DNA of 64,000 nucleotides from Calditrichaceae bacterium (GTDB lineage Bacteria; Calditrichota; Calditrichia; Calditrichales; JBFXGD01): NCBI GenBank assembly GCA_050173015.1, contig JBFXLE010000017.1, positions 1 to 64,000 of the forward strand, read 5' to 3'. Shown piece by piece: positions 1 to 7,171 of this stretch (position 1 is its first letter; each line of letters starts with the position of its first letter). The notes under the pieces were generated by a model. It saw only the letters and a program-made list of their open reading frames with translations, ran no database searches and was not told where the DNA came from. The position numbers and the translations under genes were made by a program.

Positions 1-273
1 CTTTCGGTTGCTTTTTTGGCCGACGGCCGACAGCTGATAGCCGACAGCCGCTCCCGTCTCAATCCCCTATGAATAACGGGGGGAAACACAGCCATTAGCT
101 CTCGGCTGTTGGCTATTGGCTTTTCTATCGGAAAATCTATTCTAAATATAGATAACTTCTCTTTCAATTTTTCAGCAAAAAAACTCAAACCTTTCGGTTG
201 CTTTTTTGGCTGACGGCCGACAGCTGATAGCCGACAGCCGCTCCCGTCTCAATCCCCTATGAATAACGGGGGG
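1..273. repeat. 190-bp-period direct duplication at the array trailer end, including a truncated CRISPR repeat (56-83)
   Basis: 1-83 equals 191-273 with one mismatch (pos 21 vs 211). The copy at 56-83 lacks the final TATTCTGAC of the repeat. Confidence 0.9.
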
Positions 274-1653
274 TATTCTGACAGGGTTAATAATTACGGT
301 CAAATAGTAGATTTCTATGAAGTCTCAATCCCCTATGAATAACGGGGGGTATTCTGACGAAGAAAATTTATAATAATTATGTCTTTGGAAAGTCCAAGTC
401 TCAATCCCCTATGAATAACGGGGGGTATTCTGACCTCTTGGATAGCCGCTTCGCTGGAGACAACGGGCTATTCAGTCTCAATCCCCTATGAATAACGGGG
501 GGTATTCTGACCATTATTTAACTGTGGCGCTAAATACCCTAATGGCTGGAGTCTCAATCCCCTATGAATAACGGGGGGTATTCTGACGTTTGAGTTCCGA
601 GACAGCATTACATATTGGGAAGATAAGTCTCAATCCCCTATGAATAACGGGGGGTATTCTGACTGCCTGAAAGTCCATTAAAACATCAACTAATAGGAGT
701 AAGTATGTCTCAATCCCCTATGAATAACGGGGGGTATTCTGACTGGCGGCAGGTCGGGCGGGACCCCGGTTCGATTCCGGGCGGTCTCAATCCCCTATGA
801 ATAACGGGGGGTATTCTGACCACTATCGGAACACCAGTGTGCCGGCGCCGCAGCCTATATGTCTCAATCCCCTATGAATAACGGGGGGTATTCTGACATC
901 GACCTTGCCGATTGGGATCTGGAATTCCGTTACAACGTCTCAATCCCCTATGAATAACGGGGGGTATTCTGACCAGAGCTTACCATCACGTTGAAGATGG
1001 CACAGCTGACATGTCTCAATCCCCTATGAATAACGGGGGGTATTCTGACAAAAGCAAGGGGAACAACTTATACGGAGGAATTATGTCTCAATCCCCTATG
1101 AATAACGGGGGGTATTCTGACGGAAACCTAGTTTCCGGAGTACAAAGAAGTTCTTCTTTGTCTCAATCCCCTATGAATAACGGGGGGTATTCTGACAGGA
1201 GAAGTACCATGGGGAAATATATCCCAACCATTGAGTCTCAATCCCCTATGAATAACGGGGGGTATTCTGACACAAAAAGAATTATTCAATTTACACACAC
1301 TTTTGCACAGCAGTCTCAATCCCCTATGAATAACGGGGGGTATTCTGACGACAGACACGGTATACTACCGAACTGTATGCTGATGTCTCAATCCCCTATG
1401 AATAACGGGGGGTATTCTGACTAGCGGCCGACGACCAGCGGATGTGGTTCGTCGGCACAACGGTCTCAATCCCCTATGAATAACGGGGGGTATTCTGACA
1501 AGCGGTTTCGAAAGAAGCCGTAAAAGCAGCACCAAAATTTGTCTCAATCCCCTATGAATAACGGGGGGTATTCTGACTGGGAAATATAATCTCCAGGAAC
1601 AAGCCGATCTGGGAAAGTCTCAATCCCCTATGAATAACGGGGGGTATTCTGAC
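246..1653 (-). CRISPR. CRISPR array: 19 identical 37-bp repeats, 18 spacers of 35-43 bp
   Basis: On +, GTCTCAATCCCCTATGAATAACGGGGGGTATTCTGAC starts at 246, 322, 398, 475, 551, 627, 707, 784, 861, 937, 1013, 1085, 1160, 1235, 1313, 1385, 1463, 1541 and 1617. The minus-strand form GTCAGAATACCCCCCGTTATTCATAGGGGATTGAGAC has a CCCC/GGGG stem and ends in an ATTGAGAC handle. Leader and cas2 lie on the right, so transcription is on minus. Confidence 0.99.
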
Positions 1654-1907
1654 TCCTGCCTGTTTCAGCCCTTGCGCGCCAAGGCCTGAAAGGGCCTGTT
1701 TGTCGAACCTGTTTTTTCGGGCGTCATTTTGGGAGTCTTTTTTCATAAAAAACGACCTAAGTGCTTGTTTTTTATAGCCGTCAAACCGTTTTTAGCTTAA
1801 ACTGCTGTTTTTCATGCCTTTAACCAATTTTTCCCATTTTCCTAAAAATGGTCTGACAAAATTCGCGCCTCTGGTCTAATCTAAAAATATTTTTTTGTCA
1901 TTTCAAC
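1654..1907 (-). promoter_or_regulatory. CRISPR leader
   Basis: Non-coding and T-rich, between the cas2 stop and the first repeat. Imperfect inverted motif TTTGTCGAACC (1699-1709) / GGTCTGACAAA (1850-1860) and an IHF-like TAAGTGCTTGTTTTT (1758-1772). Confidence 0.8.
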
Positions 1908-2213
1908 TCAAATTATCGTTAATTGCGCTTCTTCAGGAATTTCTCCCACTCCCAGTATTTCCACATCCGTCTGCCGGTTATCCGGAATCCGGTAGATCCT
2001 TACCGAATCATGCTCTTCGTCAATTTCCTGTGATAACTTTACTATTAAAAATTCAAGCTGTCCCTCATCCAGAAAACATTCAAACACGCTTTTCTGAACA
2101 TGATATCCGGATCCCTTTAAAAGTTTCATTACCCTTGTCCGCTTTTTTGTCTTCACAATATCATAGGTTACTATCACAAAAAACTTACGGACTCCTGAAT
2201 CCTTCATACTCAT
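1908..2213 (-). CDS. cas2: CRISPR-associated endoribonuclease Cas2
   Basis: VIVTYDI...RTRVMKLLKGSGYHVQKSVFEC...DSVRIY signature; follows cas1. Confidence 0.97.
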   Translation of the reverse strand: MSMKDSGVRKFFVIVTYDIVKTKKRTRVMKLLKGSGYHVQKSVFECFLDEGQLEFLIVKLSQEIDEEHDSVRIYRIPDNRQTDVEILGVGEIPEEAQLTII

Positions 2214-3162
2214 CTGTCTCGCCTTTCAGCACCTGCATAAATTGCCATACCTGGCGCTCGATAATCTGCAGATAATTTAGTTTTAAATTTTTATATGTTA
2301 ATTTGTTTTCTACCGCTTTTCTATATTGCTCAAATATGATCCCCAAACCCTCCTTCGTTATTTTAATCTTATCATTTTCCTGTTGAAAATGTTCAGGCCT
2401 GATCTGTTTTCTGTTTATCATTGTGATGACCAGACTATCCGCCACCGGGGCGCGGAACTCTTCCATCAAATCCGATACCAGCGCCGGATGCCCGTACTGA
2501 AGTTCATGCAGATAACCGCAGTATGGATCAAGCCCTGCCGCCTCCACAAAGGCGTAAACATTGTTAAATAACAGCGTATAGCATAAGGAAAGCAAAATAT
2601 TAACCGGATCGGGCGGGGGATGCTTGATTCTCTTCTTAAAACCATAGGTCTCCACCAGCATGGCGGGCAAATGTCTGAAATATAAGGCCGAAAAACTGCC
2701 TTCAAGCCCGCGCAGCACATCCGTTTCACCGGCCACCGCTATGCTTCTGATCATGTTTTCCAGACGTTGTTTAAATGAATCATACACCACCGGAGCGCGT
2801 TTCTGTATCATACGGCCGTAATTTTGGGCCTTTGCCCTGACCACCGCCCCGGAAAAGCGCAGCCGGAATACCTCATCATCCAGTTTATCATACTGCAGGC
2901 GGCGGATAAATACATTCTTCGAAACCGGGGAAGCCAATCTTCCCTTGTATTTTCCGTCAATGCTTAAAAAAGCCACATCAATTCCCTTCTGCAGCAGATA
3001 ACTCATCAGACCGGCGCTGATTTCCACACGGCCCATCAGTATCAGATGCTTCAGGTTAACCATCGGCTGTATAAAAATTTTTTTGGATTCCTTCGTCATA
3101 ATCATTTGACCGCCGCGTCTGCTTAACCTCCCCCCCTGCTCGCTGATAACGACTGTGCTCAT
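2185..3162 (-). CDS. cas1: CRISPR-associated integrase Cas1 (stand-alone, no RT or Cas4 fusion)
   Basis: LRGLEG..SALYF, PPPDPVNILLSLCYTLL, GLDPYCGYLH and LVSDLMEEFRAPVAD motifs. Start moved to ATG 3162 (MSTVVISEQG), which overlaps the upstream TAA and follows an AGGAGG SD. Confidence 0.97.
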   Translation of the reverse strand: MSTVVISEQGGRLSRRGGQMIMTKESKKIFIQPMVNLKHLILMGRVEISAGLMSYLLQKGIDVAFLSIDGKYKGRLASPVSKNVFIRRLQYDKLDDEVFRLRFSGAVVRAKAQNYGRMIQKRAPVVYDSFKQRLENMIRSIAVAGETDVLRGLEGSFSALYFRHLPAMLVETYGFKKRIKHPPPDPVNILLSLCYTLLFNNVYAFVEAAGLDPYCGYLHELQYGHPALVSDLMEEFRAPVADSLVITMINRKQIRPEHFQQENDKIKITKEGLGIIFEQYRKAVENKLTYKNLKLNYLQIIERQVWQFMQVLKGETDEYEGFRSP

Positions 3163-4601
3163 TATCGCTTCCTCCTTGCCGTGACCGGCAGCGGCAGATG
3201 GAAATTTTTCCATTGGCGATTCAGAATTTCAAGGATATTCTCCTCCCATGATTCGGCCACGGACGGGCCGGCGGCGATCCATACTTCATCAAACAGGACA
3301 AAACTGATCCGTAAATCTGTCTTTTCGCTTTGAATCCGGCGGTCAATCTCAATCAGGCCGCGGTTAAATAAATCCGAAGCGCTTCCCTGAATGAGCCGGT
3401 TCATCAGTTTACCGTTATAATTTGCTTCCGAGGGATCCAGGCCGATAAACTTGCCACCAATGGTAGTAACGCCGCCCTCCGGTTTTGCCCGGTCCCGCAG
3501 CTCGGTTCTCAGCTCATCCATCGCCTCAATCAGCCGCCATAAAAAAGGTTGCGGCGTAAAGGGCGGCATAACAGAGGCGCCGTTGATGATGCCGTTCAAA
3601 TACCGCTTTATTTCTCCGCGGTCATAACGCTTCTCTTTTTGAGAACAGATCGCGGTGTAAATATCTCCACGAGGAACATCATCCAGACTTAATAGATGTT
3701 CACCGAGCAGAATGTTTAACAGGATGTTGGGTTCGATTGCCGCGTAATCATACCGCCAGATTTTATACCCATCGGGCGGCTGAATTTCTGTCATTCTTTT
3801 CTCTTCCGGCCAGGTCTGAAGTCCCGGATTGCGGTAGGTGATCCTGCCGGTCACCGTGCCCACGCGGATTTCGGGAAAAACATGCCTGCCGCTGACAATA
3901 ACACCCTGCCGGTTCAGCTTTTCAAGAACAGGTTCCAGTGCATTGTAAGGCTCCGGAATCTCCGGCCGGATTTTTAATTTCACATCCGAAGCGATTTTCG
4001 CCGTGGGAGAAAGCAGCTTTTTCACGTCATCGCCGAGCAAATCCATTTCGCTTATTTCTTTAAGCGCCTGCGCGCATTGCCGCCGGTGATAATCCGTGTT
4101 TTTTGATGGTTTTGTGCCATTTTCCAGCAGTCCGGCAATAAATTTTTTGACGCGATCATCCGCCGTTTCATCATGATAGCGCTGAATCAGCGTGTCATAT
4201 TCGGCGCGCCCATAATAAAAAATGAGCCTTTCTTCTTCGCTTTGACAATCCGATTCATGGATAACCCTGAGCAACCTGGCCCGCAGACGAAGATTTTTTT
4301 CGCGGAGTCCCTGAAAAATGACCACCCTTGCTTCACTGTCATTCAAATAGGTCGCGAGAGTATCAAAGTCCTGTAAAGCGAATAGATAGCGGAACTGTTC
4401 TTCGTTATTCAGCTTCAGCCCGTAATTTTCGATTAAATAGGCGGTTTCAAGTCGCACAGCGGGGTCATTGTCGTACAGCAGCGGAATTAACATGCGGGCT
4501 TTTTGAGAGGTTACGGAACCGGCGAGGTGATGCAGCCACTCCATTTTCTGAGAGCGGCTTTCCGTCATGCTGATCTGCTGAATCATTTCGGAAAGATTCA
4601 T
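3162..4601 (-). CDS. HEAT-like N-terminus + minimal family A (PolA-like) DNA polymerase domain, CRISPR-associated
   Basis: TGRITYRNPGLQ (cf. TGRLSSxxPNLQ), motif A DYAAIE, GDIY, motif B RGEIK..LNGIING, GGVTTIGG, NRLIQGSASD and motif C VLFDEV. N-terminal LLYDNDPAVRLETA is HEAT-like. Confidence 0.88.
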   Translation of the reverse strand: MNLSEMIQQISMTESRSQKMEWLHHLAGSVTSQKARMLIPLLYDNDPAVRLETAYLIENYGLKLNNEEQFRYLFALQDFDTLATYLNDSEARVVIFQGLREKNLRLRARLLRVIHESDCQSEEERLIFYYGRAEYDTLIQRYHDETADDRVKKFIAGLLENGTKPSKNTDYHRRQCAQALKEISEMDLLGDDVKKLLSPTAKIASDVKLKIRPEIPEPYNALEPVLEKLNRQGVIVSGRHVFPEIRVGTVTGRITYRNPGLQTWPEEKRMTEIQPPDGYKIWRYDYAAIEPNILLNILLGEHLLSLDDVPRGDIYTAICSQKEKRYDRGEIKRYLNGIINGASVMPPFTPQPFLWRLIEAMDELRTELRDRAKPEGGVTTIGGKFIGLDPSEANYNGKLMNRLIQGSASDLFNRGLIEIDRRIQSEKTDLRISFVLFDEVWIAAGPSVAESWEENILEILNRQWKNFHLPLPVTARRKR

Positions 4602-4646
4602 CTGCCCTCCGGCATTCGGATAAAAATTTCTATGTCTTTTCTTTAA

Positions 4647-5741
4647 TTAATCCCATGAATCCATCAGTTCCGCGGCAATGGCATACTCCGCTTTTGCCTC
4701 GTTATCATTACCGGTCAGTTTATAATATTCCGCCAGGGCAAGATGCGCGTCGGCGTAATCGCTTTCATACAGTTTCTTTTTAAATTCGATGGCCCGTATA
4801 AAATAGGTTTTTGCCTGTTCCGGTTGATTCTGGGCGATCGCGGTTTTTCCAAGAGCGAGGAGAATTTTGTGTTTGCCTTTGCGGTCGCGTTTCAGAGCTT
4901 CATGATAATCGCGTATGGCTTCGGATAATTTTCCGTTATTAAAATGGAGATCGGCGCGGTGGGAGAATATATAGAATGCCGGTCTTTTTTTCAGCGCCTG
5001 TTTATAATATTCATTCGCCCGGTAATAGTCCCCGCTTGCCGCGTAAACCTGGCCGAGCAGATCATCGATATACTCTTTTTGGGGAAATTTTTTATCTAGT
5101 TCCAGCAGTATCGCAATCGCTTCCGGGTATTGTTTTAAACCGTAAAACCCTTTGGCCAGATTATAATTTTTGAACAGCGGATCGACATAATCGCGTTGAT
5201 CTTCCGCGATTATTTTTTTGAAGCAGGCGATGGAATGATTGAATTTATGCAGATCGTAGTAGCATTTACCGAGATAGAAGATGGATTTATAGAAATATTT
5301 GGCCTGGGTTTTCATAAACTGCGGATTTTCGGATGCCTGATACACTTTTATGGCCCGGGTAAAGGTTTCCAGCGCGGTTTTGGATTTGAGCATATTGAAC
5401 TGCGCCACCCCCTTACGGTAGAGACAAACCATATAGTCGGGAAAAATTTCCAAAGCCTGGTCAAACCACTCGATGGCCTCCTTCCACTCTTTTTCCATAT
5501 AATCTATATACCCCAGACAGTAGTGAGGCTGGGCGCGGTTCGGTTCCAGCTCCAGCCATTGTTTGTAGCAATAGCGGGCCTCATCTAAGCGGTTTAACTG
5601 GCTGTAGGCAAACCCGAGATTTGAAAACACCTCGCTGCCGGCCGATCCGCTCTCCGCGACGGGTTTCAGATACTGTACAATTTCCATCCAGCGGTTCAGT
5701 TTTTTCAGCTTATCAACGGTCTCCATAATATTTACAGTCAT
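4647..5741 (-). CDS. Tetratricopeptide repeat protein
   Basis: Many TPR units (NLGFAYSQLNRLDEARYCY, LGYIDYMEKEWKEAIEWF, LGKCYYDL, LGQVYAASGDYYRANEYY). Start set at ATG 5741 behind GGAAGGAG; the ORF is open to 5861. Confidence 0.9.
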   Translation of the reverse strand: MTVNIMETVDKLKKLNRWMEIVQYLKPVAESGSAGSEVFSNLGFAYSQLNRLDEARYCYKQWLELEPNRAQPHYCLGYIDYMEKEWKEAIEWFDQALEIFPDYMVCLYRKGVAQFNMLKSKTALETFTRAIKVYQASENPQFMKTQAKYFYKSIFYLGKCYYDLHKFNHSIACFKKIIAEDQRDYVDPLFKNYNLAKGFYGLKQYPEAIAILLELDKKFPQKEYIDDLLGQVYAASGDYYRANEYYKQALKKRPAFYIFSHRADLHFNNGKLSEAIRDYHEALKRDRKGKHKILLALGKTAIAQNQPEQAKTYFIRAIEFKKKLYESDYADAHLALAEYYKLTGNDNEAKAEYAIAAELMDSWD

Positions 5742-5853
5742 GATGTCTCCTTCCATACCTTTTCGGAAAGTCCGTAATTTTTTAACAATGAAGGAACCAC
5801 CGGCGGTGATTTTGGAATGGACGACCTGTCCTGAAATCCGCCGGCGTTCCCGT

Positions 5854-6045
5854 TTAAACATAATCGACAGGCAATCCCGCGTCGAATGTGTTCAAATCAT
5901 TCAGGCTTTGCACAATGGGCCCGGTATCCATCCAGCTTTCATCATCCATCAGCCACACGAGCCGAAAATGCGGATACAGAAAAAAATATCCCGAATCAAT
6001 CATTTCCATCAGGACGTATTTGTTTTCAACCATAATGACGGGCAC
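5854..6045 (-). CDS. Small hypothetical protein (63 aa), uncertain
   Basis: Fills the gap in the minus-strand operon. An AAGGAGG at ~6085-6091 is too far from this GTG to serve as its SD; no recognisable motif. Confidence 0.3.
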   Translation of the reverse strand: MPVIMVENKYVLMEMIDSGYFFLYPHFRLVWLMDDESWMDTGPIVQSLNDLNTFDAGLPVDYV

Positions 6046-6155
6046 ATTTCTGCTGCGATTGATAAACGCGTTATTGAAGGCACACCTCCTTGATTAAGAA
6101 AGCATAATTTTGTATTAAAGTGGGGCCGAATATAAGCAACTTGTATCTGGCGGTA

Positions 6156-6296
6156 TTAATCAGACACTTCTTCCGCGGCTGAATCTTTTTCTTTACTGGC
6201 TGAATGATCAATTATATCTGATATGATAATTACAACAGAGGCGATGGTAGCCACAACTTCGGCGATACCCTTGATGTCGGTGCTTTTTATATTCAC
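6156..6296 (-). CDS. Micro-protein type B, 46 aa (MNIKSTDIKGIAEVVATIASVVIIISDIIDHSASKEKDSAAEEVSD)
   Basis: Manual translation. AAGGAG SD then GTG; homologous to the frames at 6515-6655 and 6884-7012. Confidence 0.65.
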   Translation of the reverse strand: MNIKSTDIKGIAEVVATIASVVIIISDIIDHSASKEKDSAAEEVSD

Positions 6297-6321
6297 TTTA
6301 TGCTCCTTTACTCTCTAATTT

Positions 6322-6456
6322 TTAATCGTTTGAGTCATTATTTTTTGGTTTATTTTTTTCGTCCTTTTCCATATTATTAATGACTTCACCAACGGTTTTG
6401 GCGATACCTTCGATGATATTTACCACGATTTTTACTTTTTTCATTTTGTCTTCCAT
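6322..6456 (-). CDS. Micro-protein type A, 44 aa (MEDKMKKVKIVVNIIEGIAKTVGEVINNMEKDEKNKPKNNDSND)
   Basis: Manual translation. TAAGGAG SD then ATG; paralog of 7034-7171. Confidence 0.7.
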   Translation of the reverse strand: MEDKMKKVKIVVNIIEGIAKTVGEVINNMEKDEKNKPKNNDSND

Positions 6457-6514
6457 TGATTTGCTCCTTATAAAATTGATGCCCGGTGATCTCTTTATAT
6501 GTAAAGAGTGGGGT

Positions 6515-6655
6515 TTATTGGCTTTTTTTAATTTTGGCGCCGGAATCTTTGCCTTTTGTATCGATTTGTTCCACTGTTCCCGCGATAACAGCGATGACGC
6601 TCGCGATTGTTGCCACTATTTCTACAATGTTTTTGATTTTTTTGATATCGAATTC
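6515..6655 (-). CDS. Micro-ORF type B (..EFDIKKIKNIVEIVATIASVIAVIAGTVEQIDTKGKDSGAKIKKSQ), no canonical N-terminal start
   Basis: Open frame homologous to 6156-6296, preceded by a GGGAGGTG SD. The start codon is unclear. Confidence 0.45.
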   Translation of the reverse strand, partial: EFDIKKIKNIVEIVATIASVIAVIAGTVEQIDTKGKDSGAKIKKSQ

Positions 6656-6676
6656 ACACCTCCCGCCAGGTTAGAA

Positions 6677-6781
6677 TTATTGAGCTTCTGAATTTTCCTG
6701 TTCTGATTTATTTTCTTCTTCATTATCCATGTTTTTAATGACTTCACCAACAGCTTTGGCGATACCTTCGATAATTTTCAT
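6677..6781 (-). CDS. Micro-protein type A (MKIIEGIAKAVGEVIKNMDNEEENKSEQENSEAQ; frame extends upstream)
   Basis: Paralog of 7034-7171; the AAGGAG SD lies further upstream near 6822-6827. Confidence 0.5.
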   Translation of the reverse strand: MKIIEGIAKAVGEVIKNMDNEEENKSEQENSEAQ

Positions 6782-6883
6782 AGCGATTTTGATATGTTTT
6801 GAAGTTATTTTGAAAGCTCCGCTCCTTTAAAATTGATGCCCGGTGATCTCTTTATATGTAAAGAGTGGGATTTATTGGCTTTT

Positions 6884-7012
6884 TTAAATTTTGGCGCCGG
6901 AATCTTTGTCTTTTTTATCGATTTGTTCCACTGTTCCCGCGATAACAGCGATGACACCAGCGATTTTTGCCACTATTTCTACAATGTTTTTGATTTTTTT
7001 GATATCGAATTC
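6884..7012 (-). CDS. Micro-ORF type B (..EFDIKKIKNIVEIVAKIAGVIAVIAGTVEQIDKKDKDSGAKI), no canonical N-terminal start
   Basis: Near-identical copy of 6515-6655 with an earlier stop. Confidence 0.45.
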   Translation of the reverse strand, partial: EFDIKKIKNIVEIVAKIAGVIAVIAGTVEQIDKKDKDSGAKI

Positions 7013-7033
7013 ACACCTCCCGCCAGGTTAGAA

Positions 7034-7171
7034 TTATTGAGCTTCTGAATTTTCCTGTTCTGATTTATTTTCTTCTTCATTATCCATGTTTTTAATGACA
7101 TCACCAACAGCTTTGGCGATACCCTCGATGATATTTACCACGATTTTTACTTTTTTCATTTTGTCTTCCAT
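7034..7171 (-). CDS. Micro-protein type A, 45 aa (MEDKMKKVKIVVNIIEGIAKAVGDVIKNMDNEEENKSEQENSEAQ)
   Basis: Manual translation. AAAGGAG SD then ATG. Confidence 0.7.
   Translation of the reverse strand: MEDKMKKVKIVVNIIEGIAKAVGDVIKNMDNEEENKSEQENSEAQ

Noticed and set aside
246-1653. Self-targeting or duplicated spacers
   Set aside because: None noticed by eye within the window; an exhaustive alignment was not possible.
1011-1746. ORFs 1011..1424(+), 1128..1358(-), 1365..1547(-) and 1552..1746(-) with repeating peptides
   Set aside because: They are translations of CRISPR repeats, spacers and leader. The repeat lacks stops in those frames and several repeat+spacer units are multiples of 3.
3163-3213. 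17-aa N-terminal extension of Cas1, or a polymerase-Cas1 fusion
   Set aside because: The frames differ; TAATG coupling with an SD supports two separate genes and a start at 3162.
3162-4601. Reverse transcriptase or CAPP primase-polymerase as the identity of the cas1-upstream gene
   Set aside because: No YADD-type or AEP DxD/SGxKGxH motifs are seen; the motif order matches family A polymerases.
3162-4601. Decayed housekeeping polA pseudogene
   Set aside because: The ORF is intact, the catalytic carboxylates are kept, the domain loss is clean, the N-terminus is unrelated and the gene is coupled to cas1. Not formally excluded without homolog data.
6380-7048. Plus-strand ORFs 6380..6691, 6486..6674 and 6833..7048
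   Set aside because: Antisense shadows of the repeat; the SD motifs and conserved peptides are on the minus strand.
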